From positions 91-64,090 of the forward strand of contig JBAXHE010000010.1 in NCBI GenBank assembly GCA_037139055.1: a DNA stretch of 64,000 bases, read 5' to 3'. The notes under the pieces are model-generated. The model was not told the origin of the DNA. It searched no databases and was given only the letters and a program-made list of their open reading frames with translations. Positions 44,383 to 54,466 of the stretch are shown piece by piece (position 1 is the stretch's first letter; every line of letters begins with the position of its first letter). Made by a program: the position numbers and the translations under genes. The DNA is from Betaproteobacteria bacterium (GTDB taxonomy: Bacteria > Pseudomonadota > Gammaproteobacteria > Burkholderiales > Rhodocyclaceae).

Positions 44383-45791
44383 TACAGTACCTGATTGACC
44401 AGCCGGTCGGCGCGCACGCGCCCGAGGCGTTTGATCAGGCGTTGCACCGGCAGCGGGTAGCTGTCGACGGCATCCAGCGACTGGTGGTCATCGAGCCGGC
44501 GCGTATGCGCCAAGAGGCTTTCGAGTTCGGCCAGATGCTGGGGCAAGAGGAGCTTTTGCGGATCGTGAATCAGCAATCCGTTTTCCAGGTCGAGCCGCCA
44601 GGCGCGCGGGTTGAGGTTGTTGCCGGTCAGCAGGGCATAGTCGTCGTCGACCAACATTCCCTTGAGGTGGAAGGTATTGTCGCCATCGCGCCACAGCTGC
44701 ACATTGAGTTGCCCGCTATCCATGGCTTTCTGGTGCGTCTTGCAGAAGCGTCGCAGATTGGCCTCGTACAGATACGGTAGGGAGCCGATGGCCTTGAACG
44801 GCTCGTCCGGCGGAATATAAAAATCGTTGGCAGTTTTGTCGCCAAGAATGATCGTAATCTGGCATCCGGCCTTGATCTGTTTATTGATCGCCCGATGCAA
44901 GGTGCCCGGCAGATTGAAGTACGGGGTAAACAGAACCAGGCGCTTCTTGGCATGCAGAATCAGCTGCAGCAGTACGGCATTCAGTTCGTTGCCACGCGCG
45001 CCGAGTCCGAGCAAGGGCGTGATACCGACTTCGCCGTCACCGATCGGCTTTTCGACAAAGGGATAACGGGTTTTACCCAGCAGGCGACGAAAGCGCATGA
45101 TGGCATTGCGCAGAGAGACGGTAGTCGGGGTCTTGCCGGTATCCAGGCGTTGTACTGCCGGATTGTTGCGGACAATCCGCGTCAGCAGGCTGGCCAGACT
45201 GTCCGCCAGCGCCTGGCTGCGGATCAGATGGTAGCGGTCGAGGCGATAGCGCTGATGCCATTGCAGATAGACGTCATTGATACTGGCACCGGTGTACAGG
45301 ACAAAATCATCGACGATCAGCCCTTTGAGGTGGAGAACGCCCATGAACTCACGGCGTTGAATCGGTACGCCGTAGATCGTGACGCCCGGACCGAAGTGCT
45401 GGGCCATTGACTTGTACAGGGCAGCATTGCCGGGTGAGCGGGCTTTGCCAATGAGTCCGCGCTGGGCTCGATGCCAGTCAACAAAGACGGCGATTTCCAG
45501 CTGCGGGCGGGCACTTTTGGCCCGGTAAAGGGTGCTCAGCACTTCGCGGCCGGCGTCGTCGTCCTGGAGATACAGCGCCGCGATCAGGATGCGCTGCTGC
45601 GCTCCGGCGATCAGCGCCAGCAGGCTTTCGCGAAAGGCCGCGGGATCAGCCAGGGTACGAACATTGGCAGCAGTGACCGGGATGCACGGAATGTCGCCGA
45701 GAACCGACTTGACCTTGGCACGGTCGCGCCAACGCTGCCACGCTGCTGCGAGACCAGAGATTCGGGAGGGTTGGGCCGGAGTTGTTTCCAC
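44382..45791 (-). CDS. pssA: phosphatidylserine synthase, PLD-type (E. coli-like class I)
   Basis: ALYLQ.D.AG, VDWHRAQRGLIG, two HxK motifs (GVLHLKG, FHLKG), TPYFN, GDK.ANDFYIP, NLNPRAWRLDLEN. Confidence 0.92.
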   Translation of the reverse strand: METTPAQPSRISGLAAAWQRWRDRAKVKSVLGDIPCIPVTAANVRTLADPAAFRESLLALIAGAQQRILIAALYLQDDDAGREVLSTLYRAKSARPQLEIAVFVDWHRAQRGLIGKARSPGNAALYKSMAQHFGPGVTIYGVPIQRREFMGVLHLKGLIVDDFVLYTGASINDVYLQWHQRYRLDRYHLIRSQALADSLASLLTRIVRNNPAVQRLDTGKTPTTVSLRNAIMRFRRLLGKTRYPFVEKPIGDGEVGITPLLGLGARGNELNAVLLQLILHAKKRLVLFTPYFNLPGTLHRAINKQIKAGCQITIILGDKTANDFYIPPDEPFKAIGSLPYLYEANLRRFCKTHQKAMDSGQLNVQLWRDGDNTFHLKGMLVDDDYALLTGNNLNPRAWRLDLENGLLIHDPQKLLLPQHLAELESLLAHTRRLDDHQSLDAVDSYPLPVQRLIKRLGRVRADRLVNQVL

Positions 45792-45860
45792 GGGGTGGGA
45801 TTATACCGGGTGGTGCGAAGAAACGATGCGCCTCGTTAAAAGCACCGTTTAGTGGGGGGG

Positions 45861-47030
45861 CTAGGGGAGTTTTATGGTCTTCAGGACGATCAGTCCCGCA
45901 AGCAGCCCCCAGAAGGCGCTGCCAACCCCGTTGAGGGTCAGTCCGGAAGCGGTAACCAGAAAGCAGATCAGCGCCGCATCCCGTTCCTTCTCGTTCTGCA
46001 GGGCGCCGGTCAGGCTGTTGCCGATGGTGCCGAGCAGCGCGATTCCGGCGATGGCTGCGACCAGCTCCTTGGGTAAGGCCGTAAACAGGCTGGCAACGGT
46101 GGCGCCGAGCAGACCGGTCAGCAGATAGAAAATCCCGGCCCAGACAGCGGCAAGATAGCGGCGCTTGGGGTTCTCGTCAGCTTCCGGACTCATGCAAATG
46201 GCCGCGGTGATCGCCGCCAGATTGAACTGGAAACCGCCAAAGGGCGCGAGCAGCAGTCCGGTCAGCCCGGTCCAGGTGATCAGCGGTGAGGCCGGCGTGG
46301 CGTAGCCATTGGCACGCAAAACGGCGATTCCGGGGATGTTCTGCGAGGCCATGGTGACGATGAACAAGGGAATGCCGACCCCGATGAGCGTCGACAGCGA
46401 GAAGGTCGGCATGACGAAAATCGGCTGTGCCAGGCTCAGCGTCACCGCTTCATGGTGGATGAGTCCGCTGTACGCGGCCCACAGCAGCCCGCCAAGGAAA
46501 GTCAAAGGAATGGTCAAGCGCGAGTGGAAACGCCGGCCGACGAGATAAACCCCGAGCATCACGGCGACCAGCGTCGGCGCCGAACGCAGCGAATCAAAAA
46601 TGCCCAGGCCAAAACGCAACAGCACCCCGGCCAGCATCCCGGCGGCCAATGATTTGGGAATATGCCGCATCAGGGTTTCAAAGCTGCCGCTGATGCCGCA
46701 CAGCGTAATCAGCAGCGAAGCGATCAGGAACGCGCCGATGGCTTCGCTCATCGGCCGGCCGAGCAGTGCCGTCGCCAGCAGCGCGGCGCCCGGCGTTGAC
46801 CAGGCGGTGAGTACCGGGCTGCGAAAATAGAGAGAAAGGCCAATGCAGGTGACGCCCATGCCCAAACCCAGCGCCAGCAGCCACGAGCTGATGTGGGCGG
46901 GACTGGCACCGGCCGCTGTCGCCGCTTGAAAGACGATGGCCGCCGAGCTGGTGTAGCCGACGAGAACGGCGATGAAGCCGGAGGAAAGGTGGGAAAGACC
47001 AAAGAATCTGCGCATCCCGAATCGTGTCAT
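45861..47030 (-). CDS. benE: benzoate/H+ symporter BenE family
   Basis: AVLVGYTSS, AWSTPGAA, TMASQN.PG, NLAAITAAIC, GSAFWGL. Confidence 0.9.
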   Translation of the reverse strand: MTRFGMRRFFGLSHLSSGFIAVLVGYTSSAAIVFQAATAAGASPAHISSWLLALGLGMGVTCIGLSLYFRSPVLTAWSTPGAALLATALLGRPMSEAIGAFLIASLLITLCGISGSFETLMRHIPKSLAAGMLAGVLLRFGLGIFDSLRSAPTLVAVMLGVYLVGRRFHSRLTIPLTFLGGLLWAAYSGLIHHEAVTLSLAQPIFVMPTFSLSTLIGVGIPLFIVTMASQNIPGIAVLRANGYATPASPLITWTGLTGLLLAPFGGFQFNLAAITAAICMSPEADENPKRRYLAAVWAGIFYLLTGLLGATVASLFTALPKELVAAIAGIALLGTIGNSLTGALQNEKERDAALICFLVTASGLTLNGVGSAFWGLLAGLIVLKTIKLP

Positions 47031-47077
47031 TCATGTCCTGCAGGGTTGCGTGGCAGCAGAATTTCAGGGCACTGTTT

Positions 47078-47119
47078 TTGATCCGGATCAGAATGCCGTG
47101 TGCGTAGTGTTGTTACAAT
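47078..47119 (+). promoter_or_regulatory. FNR/DNR class II promoter of the moa operon
   Basis: TTGAT-ccgg-ATCAG (47078-47091) and -10 TACAAT (47114-47119) give -41.5 geometry. Confidence 0.7.
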
Positions 47120-47134
47120 GAAACGAATTCAGCC

Positions 47135-48211
47135 GTGCCGTATCCAATGACCGAAGTCTCCCGGACACTTCCTGTGATCGAAACCCAGAACGCTCTTACC
47201 GACACCTTGCAACGGCCCTTGCGTGACCTGAGAATTTCGGTCACCGACCGCTGCAACCTGCGCTGTACCTACTGCATGCCGCGCGAAGTCTTCGGCAAGG
47301 AATTCGTCTTTCTGCCGCGCGCCGAGTTGCTCAGTTTCGAGGAAATCGTTCGCGTCGCCGGGCTGTTTGTTCAGCAGGGTGTGCACAAGATTCGCCTGAG
47401 TGGCGGTGAGCCGCTGCTGCGCCATGGCGTCGAGCATCTGATTGAGGCTCTGGCCAGATTGCGGGCGGCCGATGGTCAGCCCATCGAAATCGCCATGACC
47501 ACGAATGGCGTGCTGCTGGCGAAAAAGGCCCAGTCCTTGAAGGGCGCTGGCTTGTCGCGCCTGACAGTGAGTCTCGACGGCTTGAGTCAGGCCGCCTTTC
47601 AGCGCATGAGCGATTCGTCCGAGTCGGTGGCGACGGTGCTCGGCGGTATCGAGGCCGCACAAGCGGCAGGTCTGGCCCCGCTGAAGGTCAATGCGGTGAT
47701 CAAGCGCGGGGTCAATGAAGAGGAAATCATTCCGTTGATCGAGCACTTCCGTCATACCGGCATCATTCTGCGCTTCATTGAATTCATGGACGTCGGCACG
47801 ACCAACGGCTGGCGTATGGACGATGTGGTTAGCGCACAAGAGATAATTGATTTGATCCATCGCCACTACCCGATCCGGCCGGTGGGGGCCAACTATTCGG
47901 GCGAAGTCGCCCAGCGCTGGGAATTCACCGATGGCGGCGGGGAAATCGGAGTGATAGCATCGGTGACGCAGGCGTTTTGCCATGAATGCAGCCGGATCCG
48001 TTTGTCGACCGACGGCAAGTTGTATACCTGCCTTTTCGCCAGCGAAGGCTTTGACCTGCGCTCGCCGCTGCGAAGCCAGGCCGGAGATGACGAGCTGAGT
48101 GCTTTGATTCGTGCAACCTGGAAAAAACGCGTTGATCGCTATTCCGAGATTCGGCATCAGGCTACCGCGATGCCCAGGAAAAAAATCGAAATGTCCTATA
48201 TTGGGGGGTGA
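47135..48211 (+). CDS. moaA: GTP 3',8-cyclase MoaA
   Basis: [29 protein letters not shown]-terminal IGG. Confidence 0.97.
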   Translation: MPYPMTEVSRTLPVIETQNALTDTLQRPLRDLRISVTDRCNLRCTYCMPREVFGKEFVFLPRAELLSFEEIVRVAGLFVQQGVHKIRLSGGEPLLRHGVEHLIEALARLRAADGQPIEIAMTTNGVLLAKKAQSLKGAGLSRLTVSLDGLSQAAFQRMSDSSESVATVLGGIEAAQAAGLAPLKVNAVIKRGVNEEEIIPLIEHFRHTGIILRFIEFMDVGTTNGWRMDDVVSAQEIIDLIHRHYPIRPVGANYSGEVAQRWEFTDGGGEIGVIASVTQAFCHECSRIRLSTDGKLYTCLFASEGFDLRSPLRSQAGDDELSALIRATWKKRVDRYSEIRHQATAMPRKKIEMSYIGG

Positions 48212-48732
48212 TTCCGTTGTCGAACACGAACGAACTGACGCATTTCTCCGACTCCGGGCGCGCGCGCATGGTCGACGTTTCGGAAAAGGCCGACACATCA
48301 CGGGTGGCCGTGGCCAGCGGGGTTGTGCGCATGCAGCCGGCGACGCTGGAGCGCATCCGCGAAGGAAAGATCGCCAAGGGCAATGTCCTGGCGGTGGCCG
48401 ATGTCGGCGCGGTGATGGCCGCCAAACGCACCTCCGAGCTGATTCCGATGTGCCATTCGCTGGCATTGACCGGCGTCGAGGTAGAGTTTAATGAACTCCC
48501 CGAGGTCGATGGCGACGGCTGTGTCGGCCTGCGGGTGCTGGCGACGGCGCGCTGTGTCGGCCAGACCGGCGTCGAAATGGAAGCGCTGACGGCGGCCAGT
48601 GTGGCGTTGTTGACCATTTACGATATGTGCAAGGCGATCGATCGCGGTATGCGCATCGAAAGTGTGCAGCTCGAGGAAAAACGCGGCGGCAAGAGCGGCT
48701 TGTGGCAACGCCAGGGGCACGTCCCGGCATGA
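48208..48732 (+). CDS. moaC: cyclic pyranopterin monophosphate synthase MoaC
   Basis: [36 protein letters not shown]. Confidence 0.97.
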   Translation: MIPLSNTNELTHFSDSGRARMVDVSEKADTSRVAVASGVVRMQPATLERIREGKIAKGNVLAVADVGAVMAAKRTSELIPMCHSLALTGVEVEFNELPEVDGDGCVGLRVLATARCVGQTGVEMEALTAASVALLTIYDMCKAIDRGMRIESVQLEEKRGGKSGLWQRQGHVPA

Positions 48733-48968
48733 TTACCGTATTGTTTTTCGGTCCGGTCGCCGAGCGCGTTGGACAAAGTCGACTCGATCTGCCCTTTCAG
48801 CACGGGTTGCGCCTGCAGGATTTGCGCAGCCAGTTGCAGGCTGTTTATCCTGAAGCCTTTGCGCTGGTGTCGCTGGCCGCGGTGAACGGCGAGCACGTGC
48901 GCGACCTCTCGCTCGAACTGCAAGACCCGGCGGAAGTGGTCTTCATGTCCAAATTTTCAGGGGGCTGA
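48729..48968 (+). CDS. moaD: molybdopterin synthase sulfur carrier MoaD
   Basis: [14 protein letters not shown]-terminal GG; ATG overlaps the moaC stop. Confidence 0.9.
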   Translation: MITVLFFGPVAERVGQSRLDLPFQHGLRLQDLRSQLQAVYPEAFALVSLAAVNGEHVRDLSLELQDPAEVVFMSKFSGG

Positions 48969-48969
48969 A

Positions 48970-49395
48970 ATGAAAGACGCGGTGCGTATTCAACGCGAAG
49001 ACTTCTCGCAGGACGAAGAAATCAAGGCGCTGAAGGCCAGTTCAAAGCGCATCGGCGGGATTGCCACCTTTCTCGGTTGTGCGCGTGATTTTTCCGAAGG
49101 TCGCGAAGTCAGCGAAATCAGCTTTGATGCTTACGACCGCATGGCACTGCCTGAAATGCACAAGCTAAGGGAGGCCGCGATAGCCCGTTTTGGCCTGCTC
49201 GACGCGCGCATCGTGCATCGACTCGGCGTGGTGCAGGCGGGGGATAACATCGTCTTTATTGCCACTGGCGCTGAACACCGCGCAGCGGCTTTCGACGCCT
49301 GCCGCTGGATCATCGACGAACTCAAGGAAAAGGTGCCGATCTGGAAAAAGGAAACCACGCCGCAAGGCGAATCCTGGGTGACGCCGCATCCATGA
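48970..49395 (+). CDS. moaE: molybdopterin synthase catalytic subunit MoaE
   Basis: GGIATF.G..R, HRLG, HR..AF, LK..VPIWKKE. Confidence 0.95.
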   Translation: MKDAVRIQREDFSQDEEIKALKASSKRIGGIATFLGCARDFSEGREVSEISFDAYDRMALPEMHKLREAAIARFGLLDARIVHRLGVVQAGDNIVFIATGAEHRAAAFDACRWIIDELKEKVPIWKKETTPQGESWVTPHP

Positions 49396-49889
49396 GCCCG
49401 CCTGTCTTCATCTTTGTCGGTCATTCGGGCTCGGGCAAGACCACGCTGATTGAAAAACTGCTGCCCGAGCTGACCAATCGCGGCCTCGCTCTGGCGACGA
49501 TCAAGCACGCACATCACAAGGTCGAGCTCGACAAGGAAGGCAAGGACAGCTGGCGTTACAAGAAAGCCGGAGCGGTGATGAGCATGCTGGTCACCGCCAG
49601 CGAGCTGCAGATCGTCGCCGATGCCGTGGATCGGCGTGAGCCGGCGCAACTGGCCGAGCGTTTTCTCGGTGAGGCCGATATGGTCCTGGCCGAAGGGTTT
49701 TCGCTGGCGCCTGGCGTCAAGATCGAAATCCTGCGCCGTGACTGCGGAAAAACACCGCGCTGCAGCATCGATGACGGGCTGATCGCCATTGTCACCGACA
49801 TGGACGAAGTCTATCCGCAACTCCCGCACTTCGGCCTGGAAGACATTGCCGGCCTGGCCGATTTTCTGCTGGAACGCGCCGGGCGATGA
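49392..49889 (+). CDS. mobB: MobB
   Basis: GHSGSGKTTL, IKHAHH, GKDSWR...AGA, EGF. Confidence 0.93.
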   Translation: MSPPVFIFVGHSGSGKTTLIEKLLPELTNRGLALATIKHAHHKVELDKEGKDSWRYKKAGAVMSMLVTASELQIVADAVDRREPAQLAERFLGEADMVLAEGFSLAPGVKIEILRRDCGKTPRCSIDDGLIAIVTDMDEVYPQLPHFGLEDIAGLADFLLERAGR

Positions 49890-50485
49890 TGGCTGATTGC
49901 CTGGCGGTGGTCATGGCTGGTGGTGAATCGCAGCGCATGGGGTGCGACAAGGCCTCGCTGAAACTCGGCGAGCGGACCCTGTTGCAGCGTGTGATCGATG
50001 TCGTTGAGCCGCTGTTTGGCGAGCTGCGGGTCAGCGTGCGCCATCCGCGGCCGGATATCGACTGGCCACAAATCTGCGACCGCCATGCCGATGCCGGGCC
50101 GCTGGCCGGCGTTTGCGCCGCCTTGGAATGGGCCAAAGAAAGGCAGGTGCCCTGGATTTTCGTCGTGGCGACCGACATGCCGTTTATCCGGCCGGCGCTG
50201 ATCGAGTCTCTGGCCCAGCGGCGAAGCGGCTGGCAGGCGGTGATTCCGGTGGTGCATGGGCATCCGCAGCCGCTGGCCGGGTTTTATTCGACCGACGCGC
50301 TGGCAGCGATTCAGGCCGTTCTTGCCGGCGCGGGCAAGCATAGCCTGCGCGCCGCGCTGGAATTAATGCAGGTCAATGAGGTCGACGCCGCGGAGCTGCT
50401 CGCGGTCGATCCCGAGCTGGAAAGTTTTTTTGATCTTGATACGCCACAGGATGTAGAAGTGGCAAAACGCTTCAAGGAGTCGTAA
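49886..50485 (+). CDS. mobA: Moco guanylyltransferase MobA
   Basis: AGG.S.RMG.DKA, GPLAG, DMPF, QPL..Y. Confidence 0.93.
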   Translation: MMADCLAVVMAGGESQRMGCDKASLKLGERTLLQRVIDVVEPLFGELRVSVRHPRPDIDWPQICDRHADAGPLAGVCAALEWAKERQVPWIFVVATDMPFIRPALIESLAQRRSGWQAVIPVVHGHPQPLAGFYSTDALAAIQAVLAGAGKHSLRAALELMQVNEVDAAELLAVDPELESFFDLDTPQDVEVAKRFKES

Positions 50486-50488
50486 ACA

Positions 50489-51739
50489 ATGGGAAACCTG
50501 TCGGTCAGTGCGGCACAGGCTTGTGTTCTTGAACAGGTGGTGCGCTGCGGCGTAGAAATCGTCACTCTGGAAGTTTCCCTGGGACGGGTGTTGGCCGAAG
50601 AGGTCCGCGCCAACCGCGATCAGCCGCCATACGATGTCTCGGCGATGGACGGATTTGCCGTGCGCAGCGCCGACCTCGCTCAGCACCCCGCACTGCTGTC
50701 GGTGGTTGAAGACATCAAGGCCGGCGATATGCCGACTCAGACGCTTCAGGCCGGCCAGTGTTCGCGCATCATGACCGGCGCGCCGGTCCCGGCAGGGGCA
50801 GATGCGGTGATCCGCGTTGAGGAGTCAACAACGCGGGCCGACGGGCGGATTGAATTTACCGCTCCGGTCAAAGTCGGTAACGACATTCGCTTCCTCGGGG
50901 AGAGCATGCGCAACGGCCAGATCGTACTGAGCGCTGGTACCGAGATTACCCCGGGGGTGATCGGCGTGCTGGCCACGGTCAAGGCCGCCAAAGTCAGCGT
51001 CTATCAACGACCACGCGTGGCCATCCTGTCGACCGGAGATGAACTGGAAGGCCTCGACGAGGCCTTTGACGCGAATAAGATTCCCAACTCGAACAGCTAC
51101 GCACTGATGGCGCAGTGCCAGGCGCTGGGCATCGAGCCCGACTTGCTTGGAATCGCCCGTGATGATCCGGCCGAACTGGCCGAGTATCTGCGCCGTGGTC
51201 TGGCGTATGACGTGTTACTGGTCTCCGGCGGCTCATCAGTCGGAGTGCACGACCACGTCCGGCCGACGCTGGAAGCGCTGGGGGTAAGCATGCACTTCTG
51301 GCGCGTCGAGATGCGGCCAGGGCATCCGGTAGCTTTCGGTAGCATGGAGAATCGAGGTCTGGTCTTCGGGCTGCCGGGGAACCCGGTGTCGAGCATGGTG
51401 TGTTTCGAGCAGTTCGTGCTACCGGCTTTGCGCCAGATGATGGGGCATCCGCACCTGTTCCGGCGTAGCGTCGTGGCGCGACTGGGCCATCCAGTGAAAA
51501 TTCGTCCGGGGCGCACCGAGTTTGTCCGGGTGGTGCTGACGCGCGCAGCGGATGGCGGGTACGAAGCGAATTCGACCGGCACGCAAAGCAGCGGTGCCCT
51601 GCTCTCGATGGCGCTGGCCGACGGCCTGCTGGTCGTACCAGCAAGCACCTCGGGGCTGGCGGCAGGCGAAATGGCGCAGGTCCAGCTGCTTGACGGCACG
51701 ACTTTCCAGAATGAAGCGGGTTTTGAGGGGGGCTTATGA
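50489..51739 (+). CDS. moeA: molybdopterin molybdotransferase MoeA
   Basis: SAMDGFA, IMTGA..P.GADAV, STGDE, GLPGNPVS. Confidence 0.96.
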   Translation: MGNLSVSAAQACVLEQVVRCGVEIVTLEVSLGRVLAEEVRANRDQPPYDVSAMDGFAVRSADLAQHPALLSVVEDIKAGDMPTQTLQAGQCSRIMTGAPVPAGADAVIRVEESTTRADGRIEFTAPVKVGNDIRFLGESMRNGQIVLSAGTEITPGVIGVLATVKAAKVSVYQRPRVAILSTGDELEGLDEAFDANKIPNSNSYALMAQCQALGIEPDLLGIARDDPAELAEYLRRGLAYDVLLVSGGSSVGVHDHVRPTLEALGVSMHFWRVEMRPGHPVAFGSMENRGLVFGLPGNPVSSMVCFEQFVLPALRQMMGHPHLFRRSVVARLGHPVKIRPGRTEFVRVVLTRAADGGYEANSTGTQSSGALLSMALADGLLVVPASTSGLAAGEMAQVQLLDGTTFQNEAGFEGGL

Positions 51740-52275
51740 GCACCGCACGTATCGGAATACTGACCATTTCCGACCGCGCCAGTCAGGGCGTTTATGAAGA
51801 CAAAGGCGGGCCGTCGATTCGCGCCTGGCTAACGAGTGCTTTGGTGAGTCCGTGGCAAGCGGTGGCGCGGGTGATTCCCGATGAGCAGGCGCTGATCGAA
51901 GCCGCATTGATTGAATTGAGCGACGTCGAGGGCTGCAGCCTGATCGTCACCACCGGCGGCACCGGTCCGGCCTTGCGCGATGTCACCCCGGAAGCGACCG
52001 AAGCCGTGTGTTCGAAGATGATGCCGGGTTTTGGCGAGCTGATGCGCAGCGCTTCATTGAAGTTCGTGCCGACGGCCATCCTTTCGCGGCAGACCGCCGG
52101 TATCCGCGGTCAGAGCTTGATCATCAACCTGCCGGGCAAGCCGTCGGCGATTGACGACTGCCTGCAGGCCGTATTTCCGGCCGTGCCCTACTGCATCGAC
52201 CTGATTGAGGGCGCCACTCTGGAGACCAACGACAGCTTCTGTAAAGCATTCCGTCCGGCGCATGCCAAGAAGTAA
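51736..52275 (+). CDS. mog: molybdopterin adenylyltransferase Mog
   Basis: SDRAS.G.YED, TTGGTG...RDVTPEAT, LPGKP, VPYCIDL. Confidence 0.95.
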   Translation: MSTARIGILTISDRASQGVYEDKGGPSIRAWLTSALVSPWQAVARVIPDEQALIEAALIELSDVEGCSLIVTTGGTGPALRDVTPEATEAVCSKMMPGFGELMRSASLKFVPTAILSRQTAGIRGQSLIINLPGKPSAIDDCLQAVFPAVPYCIDLIEGATLETNDSFCKAFRPAHAKK

Positions 52276-52333
52276 GCGGGCTGAAGAACCGGTCGATTTC
52301 CTCTGGCTCGGCGTCTCGGGTATAATCGGCTCC

Positions 52334-52446
52334 GTCATTGGGGAGTAGCCTGCCTTCTGCGGAAGGCGCTTGTGTCAACACACTTGTCCGGCAGGACATG
52401 GTGCAAGCAGTTCTCTGTATTCCTTTACCTGGCAAGACCTTTGACC
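52334..52446 (+). ncRNA. yybP-ykoY (Mn2+) riboswitch
   Basis: GGGGAGTAGCC...GTCAACACACTTG...GGCAAGACCTTTGAC; TATAAT at 52321; precedes a UPF0016 transporter. Confidence 0.88.
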
Positions 52447-52510
52447 ACCAGACCTCCCAATGGCCGGAGAGGTTTTGTGGTCAATCGTTTTTTCCGGCCT
52501 GGGAATTCCA

Positions 52511-53086
52511 ATGGAAGCATTTCTTATTTCGACGGGTATCGTGGCGCTGGCTGAAATCGGCGACAAAACCCAACTCCTCGCCTTCATCCTCGCCGCCAAA
52601 TTCCGCAAGCCGCTGCCGATCATTCTCGGCATCCTGCTGGCGACGATCGCCAATCATTCCTTTGCCGGTGCGCTCGGCGCCTGGCTGACTTCCTTGCTGG
52701 CCCCGGAAAGCCTGCGCTGGATTCTCGGCGTCTCATTTCTGGCGATGGCCGGCTGGACGTTGATTCCCGACAAGTTTGACGAAGGCGATGCCAAGCTGGC
52801 GCGCTTCGGCGTCTTTGGCACCACCCTGCTGGCCTTCTTTATCGCTGAAATGGGCGACAAGACTCAGGTCGCGACGGTGGCGCTGGCCGCTCAGTATCAG
52901 ACCTTTTTGCCGGTCGTCGCCGGTACCACCTTCGGCATGATGATCGCCAATGTGCCGGCGGTGCTGCTTGGCAACAAGATTGCCGACAAGATGCCGGTGC
53001 GCCTCGTACACAGCATTGCCGCCGCGGTTTTCGCGGTGCTGGGTGTGGCGACGCTGATGGGCGCCGGCGAAGCGATTGGTTTTTAA
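52511..53086 (+). CDS. TMEM165/GDT1 (UPF0016) Mn2+ transporter
   Basis: Two ExGDKT motifs (AEIGDKTQ, AEMGDKTQ); start reset to ATG 52511. Confidence 0.93.
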   Translation: MEAFLISTGIVALAEIGDKTQLLAFILAAKFRKPLPIILGILLATIANHSFAGALGAWLTSLLAPESLRWILGVSFLAMAGWTLIPDKFDEGDAKLARFGVFGTTLLAFFIAEMGDKTQVATVALAAQYQTFLPVVAGTTFGMMIANVPAVLLGNKIADKMPVRLVHSIAAAVFAVLGVATLMGAGEAIGF

Positions 53087-53170
53087 GCGATGTCAGGCCT
53101 TCATCTCAAGGCAAGGAGTCGGAGCGGGCGTGATAAAATTTTGCCTCATCACCCCATCGAGGAAACCCGC

Positions 53171-54394
53171 ATGACCCGCACCCGGATTGATACCAAACCC
53201 CTTGGCACTCCCCTCAGCCCGTCGGCCACGCGCGTCATGCTGCTCGGTGCCGGCGAACTCGGCAAGGAAGTGATCATTGCCCTGCAACGCCTCGGCGTCG
53301 AAACCATTGCCGTCGACCGTTATGCCGACGCGCCGGGAATGCAGGTCGCGCATCGTTCGTACGTGGTGGCGATGACCGACGGCCCGGCGCTGCGCGCGAT
53401 CATCGAGAAAGAGCGGCCGCATCTGGTCGTGCCGGAGATCGAGGCGATTGCCACCGACATGTTGCAGGAGATTGAGCGCGAAGGCCTGGCCGAGGTCATT
53501 CCGACGGCGCGGGCAACGCGTCTGACGATGAATCGCGAAGGGATTCGCCGGCTGGTTGCCGAAGAACTCGGCTTGCCGACGTCGCCCTACGCTTTTGCCA
53601 GTACGCTCGAAGAGCTGCAAGCCGCGATCGACAAGGGCATCGGCTTTCCCTGTCTGGTCAAGCCGACCATGTCGTCTTCCGGCAAGGGGCAGTCGCTGTT
53701 GCGCGGTCCCGACGATGTCGCCAAGGCCTGGGACTATGCCCTGCAGGGCGGTCGCGTCAGCCAGAGCCGGGTGATTGTCGAGGGCTTTATCAACTTCGAG
53801 TACGAAATCACGCTGCTTACGGTGCGTGCCATCGGCGCCAGCGGTGAGGTCGAAACCTTCTTCTGCGAACCGGTCGGGCACGTCCAGGTCAACGGTGACT
53901 ACGTCGAGTCGTGGCAGCCGCAGGCGATGAGCAAAGTCGCTCTGGAGAAGTCGCAAGCCATTGCCAAGGCGGTAACCGGCAATCTTGGCGGCCGCGGTCT
54001 GTTTGGCGTCGAACTCTTCGTGCGCGGCGATCAGGTGTGGTTCTCGGAAGTCAGCCCGCGTCCGCACGACACCGGGCTCGTCACCCTCGCCTCGCAGCGA
54101 TTCTCCGAATTTGAACTGCACGCGCGGGCGATTCTTGGCCTGCCGGTCGATGTGTCATTGCGTGCACCGGGCGCTTCGGCTGTCATCTACGGCGGTCTGG
54201 AAGCCAAGGGGATCGCTTTTGAAGGCGTTGCCGACGCACTGAATGTGCCAGGCACCGACCTGCGCCTGTTTGGCAAGCCGGAAAGTTTTATTAAACGGCG
54301 CATGGGCGTGGCTGTGGCGACGGGCAAGGATACGGATGAAGCGCGCTGCCGGGCAAAACTCGCTGCCAGCAAGGTCAAACCGGTCGCGGGATAA
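53171..54394 (+). CDS. purT: formate-dependent GAR transformylase PurT
   Basis: [40 protein letters not shown]; GAGG RBS before ATG 53171. Confidence 0.97.
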   Translation: MTRTRIDTKPLGTPLSPSATRVMLLGAGELGKEVIIALQRLGVETIAVDRYADAPGMQVAHRSYVVAMTDGPALRAIIEKERPHLVVPEIEAIATDMLQEIEREGLAEVIPTARATRLTMNREGIRRLVAEELGLPTSPYAFASTLEELQAAIDKGIGFPCLVKPTMSSSGKGQSLLRGPDDVAKAWDYALQGGRVSQSRVIVEGFINFEYEITLLTVRAIGASGEVETFFCEPVGHVQVNGDYVESWQPQAMSKVALEKSQAIAKAVTGNLGGRGLFGVELFVRGDQVWFSEVSPRPHDTGLVTLASQRFSEFELHARAILGLPVDVSLRAPGASAVIYGGLEAKGIAFEGVADALNVPGTDLRLFGKPESFIKRRMGVAVATGKDTDEARCRAKLAASKVKPVAG

Positions 54395-54427
54395 TCGCAT
54401 TGCGGATCATCGTCTGTATCATGGCGA

Positions 54428-54456
54428 TTGAACTGTCGCGCCAGAGCGCATAGAAT
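54428..54456 (+). promoter_or_regulatory. sigma70 promoter of tRNA-Gly
   Basis: TTGAAC-N17-TAGAAT with a GC-rich discriminator. Confidence 0.7.
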
Positions 54457-54466
54457 GAGCGCCTTC

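Noticed and set aside
47129-48466. 445-aa antisense ORF, and similar ones at 32115-33071, 42393-43238 and 53093-54121
   Set aside because: These are shadows of well-supported genes in GC-rich DNA and have no recognisable motifs.
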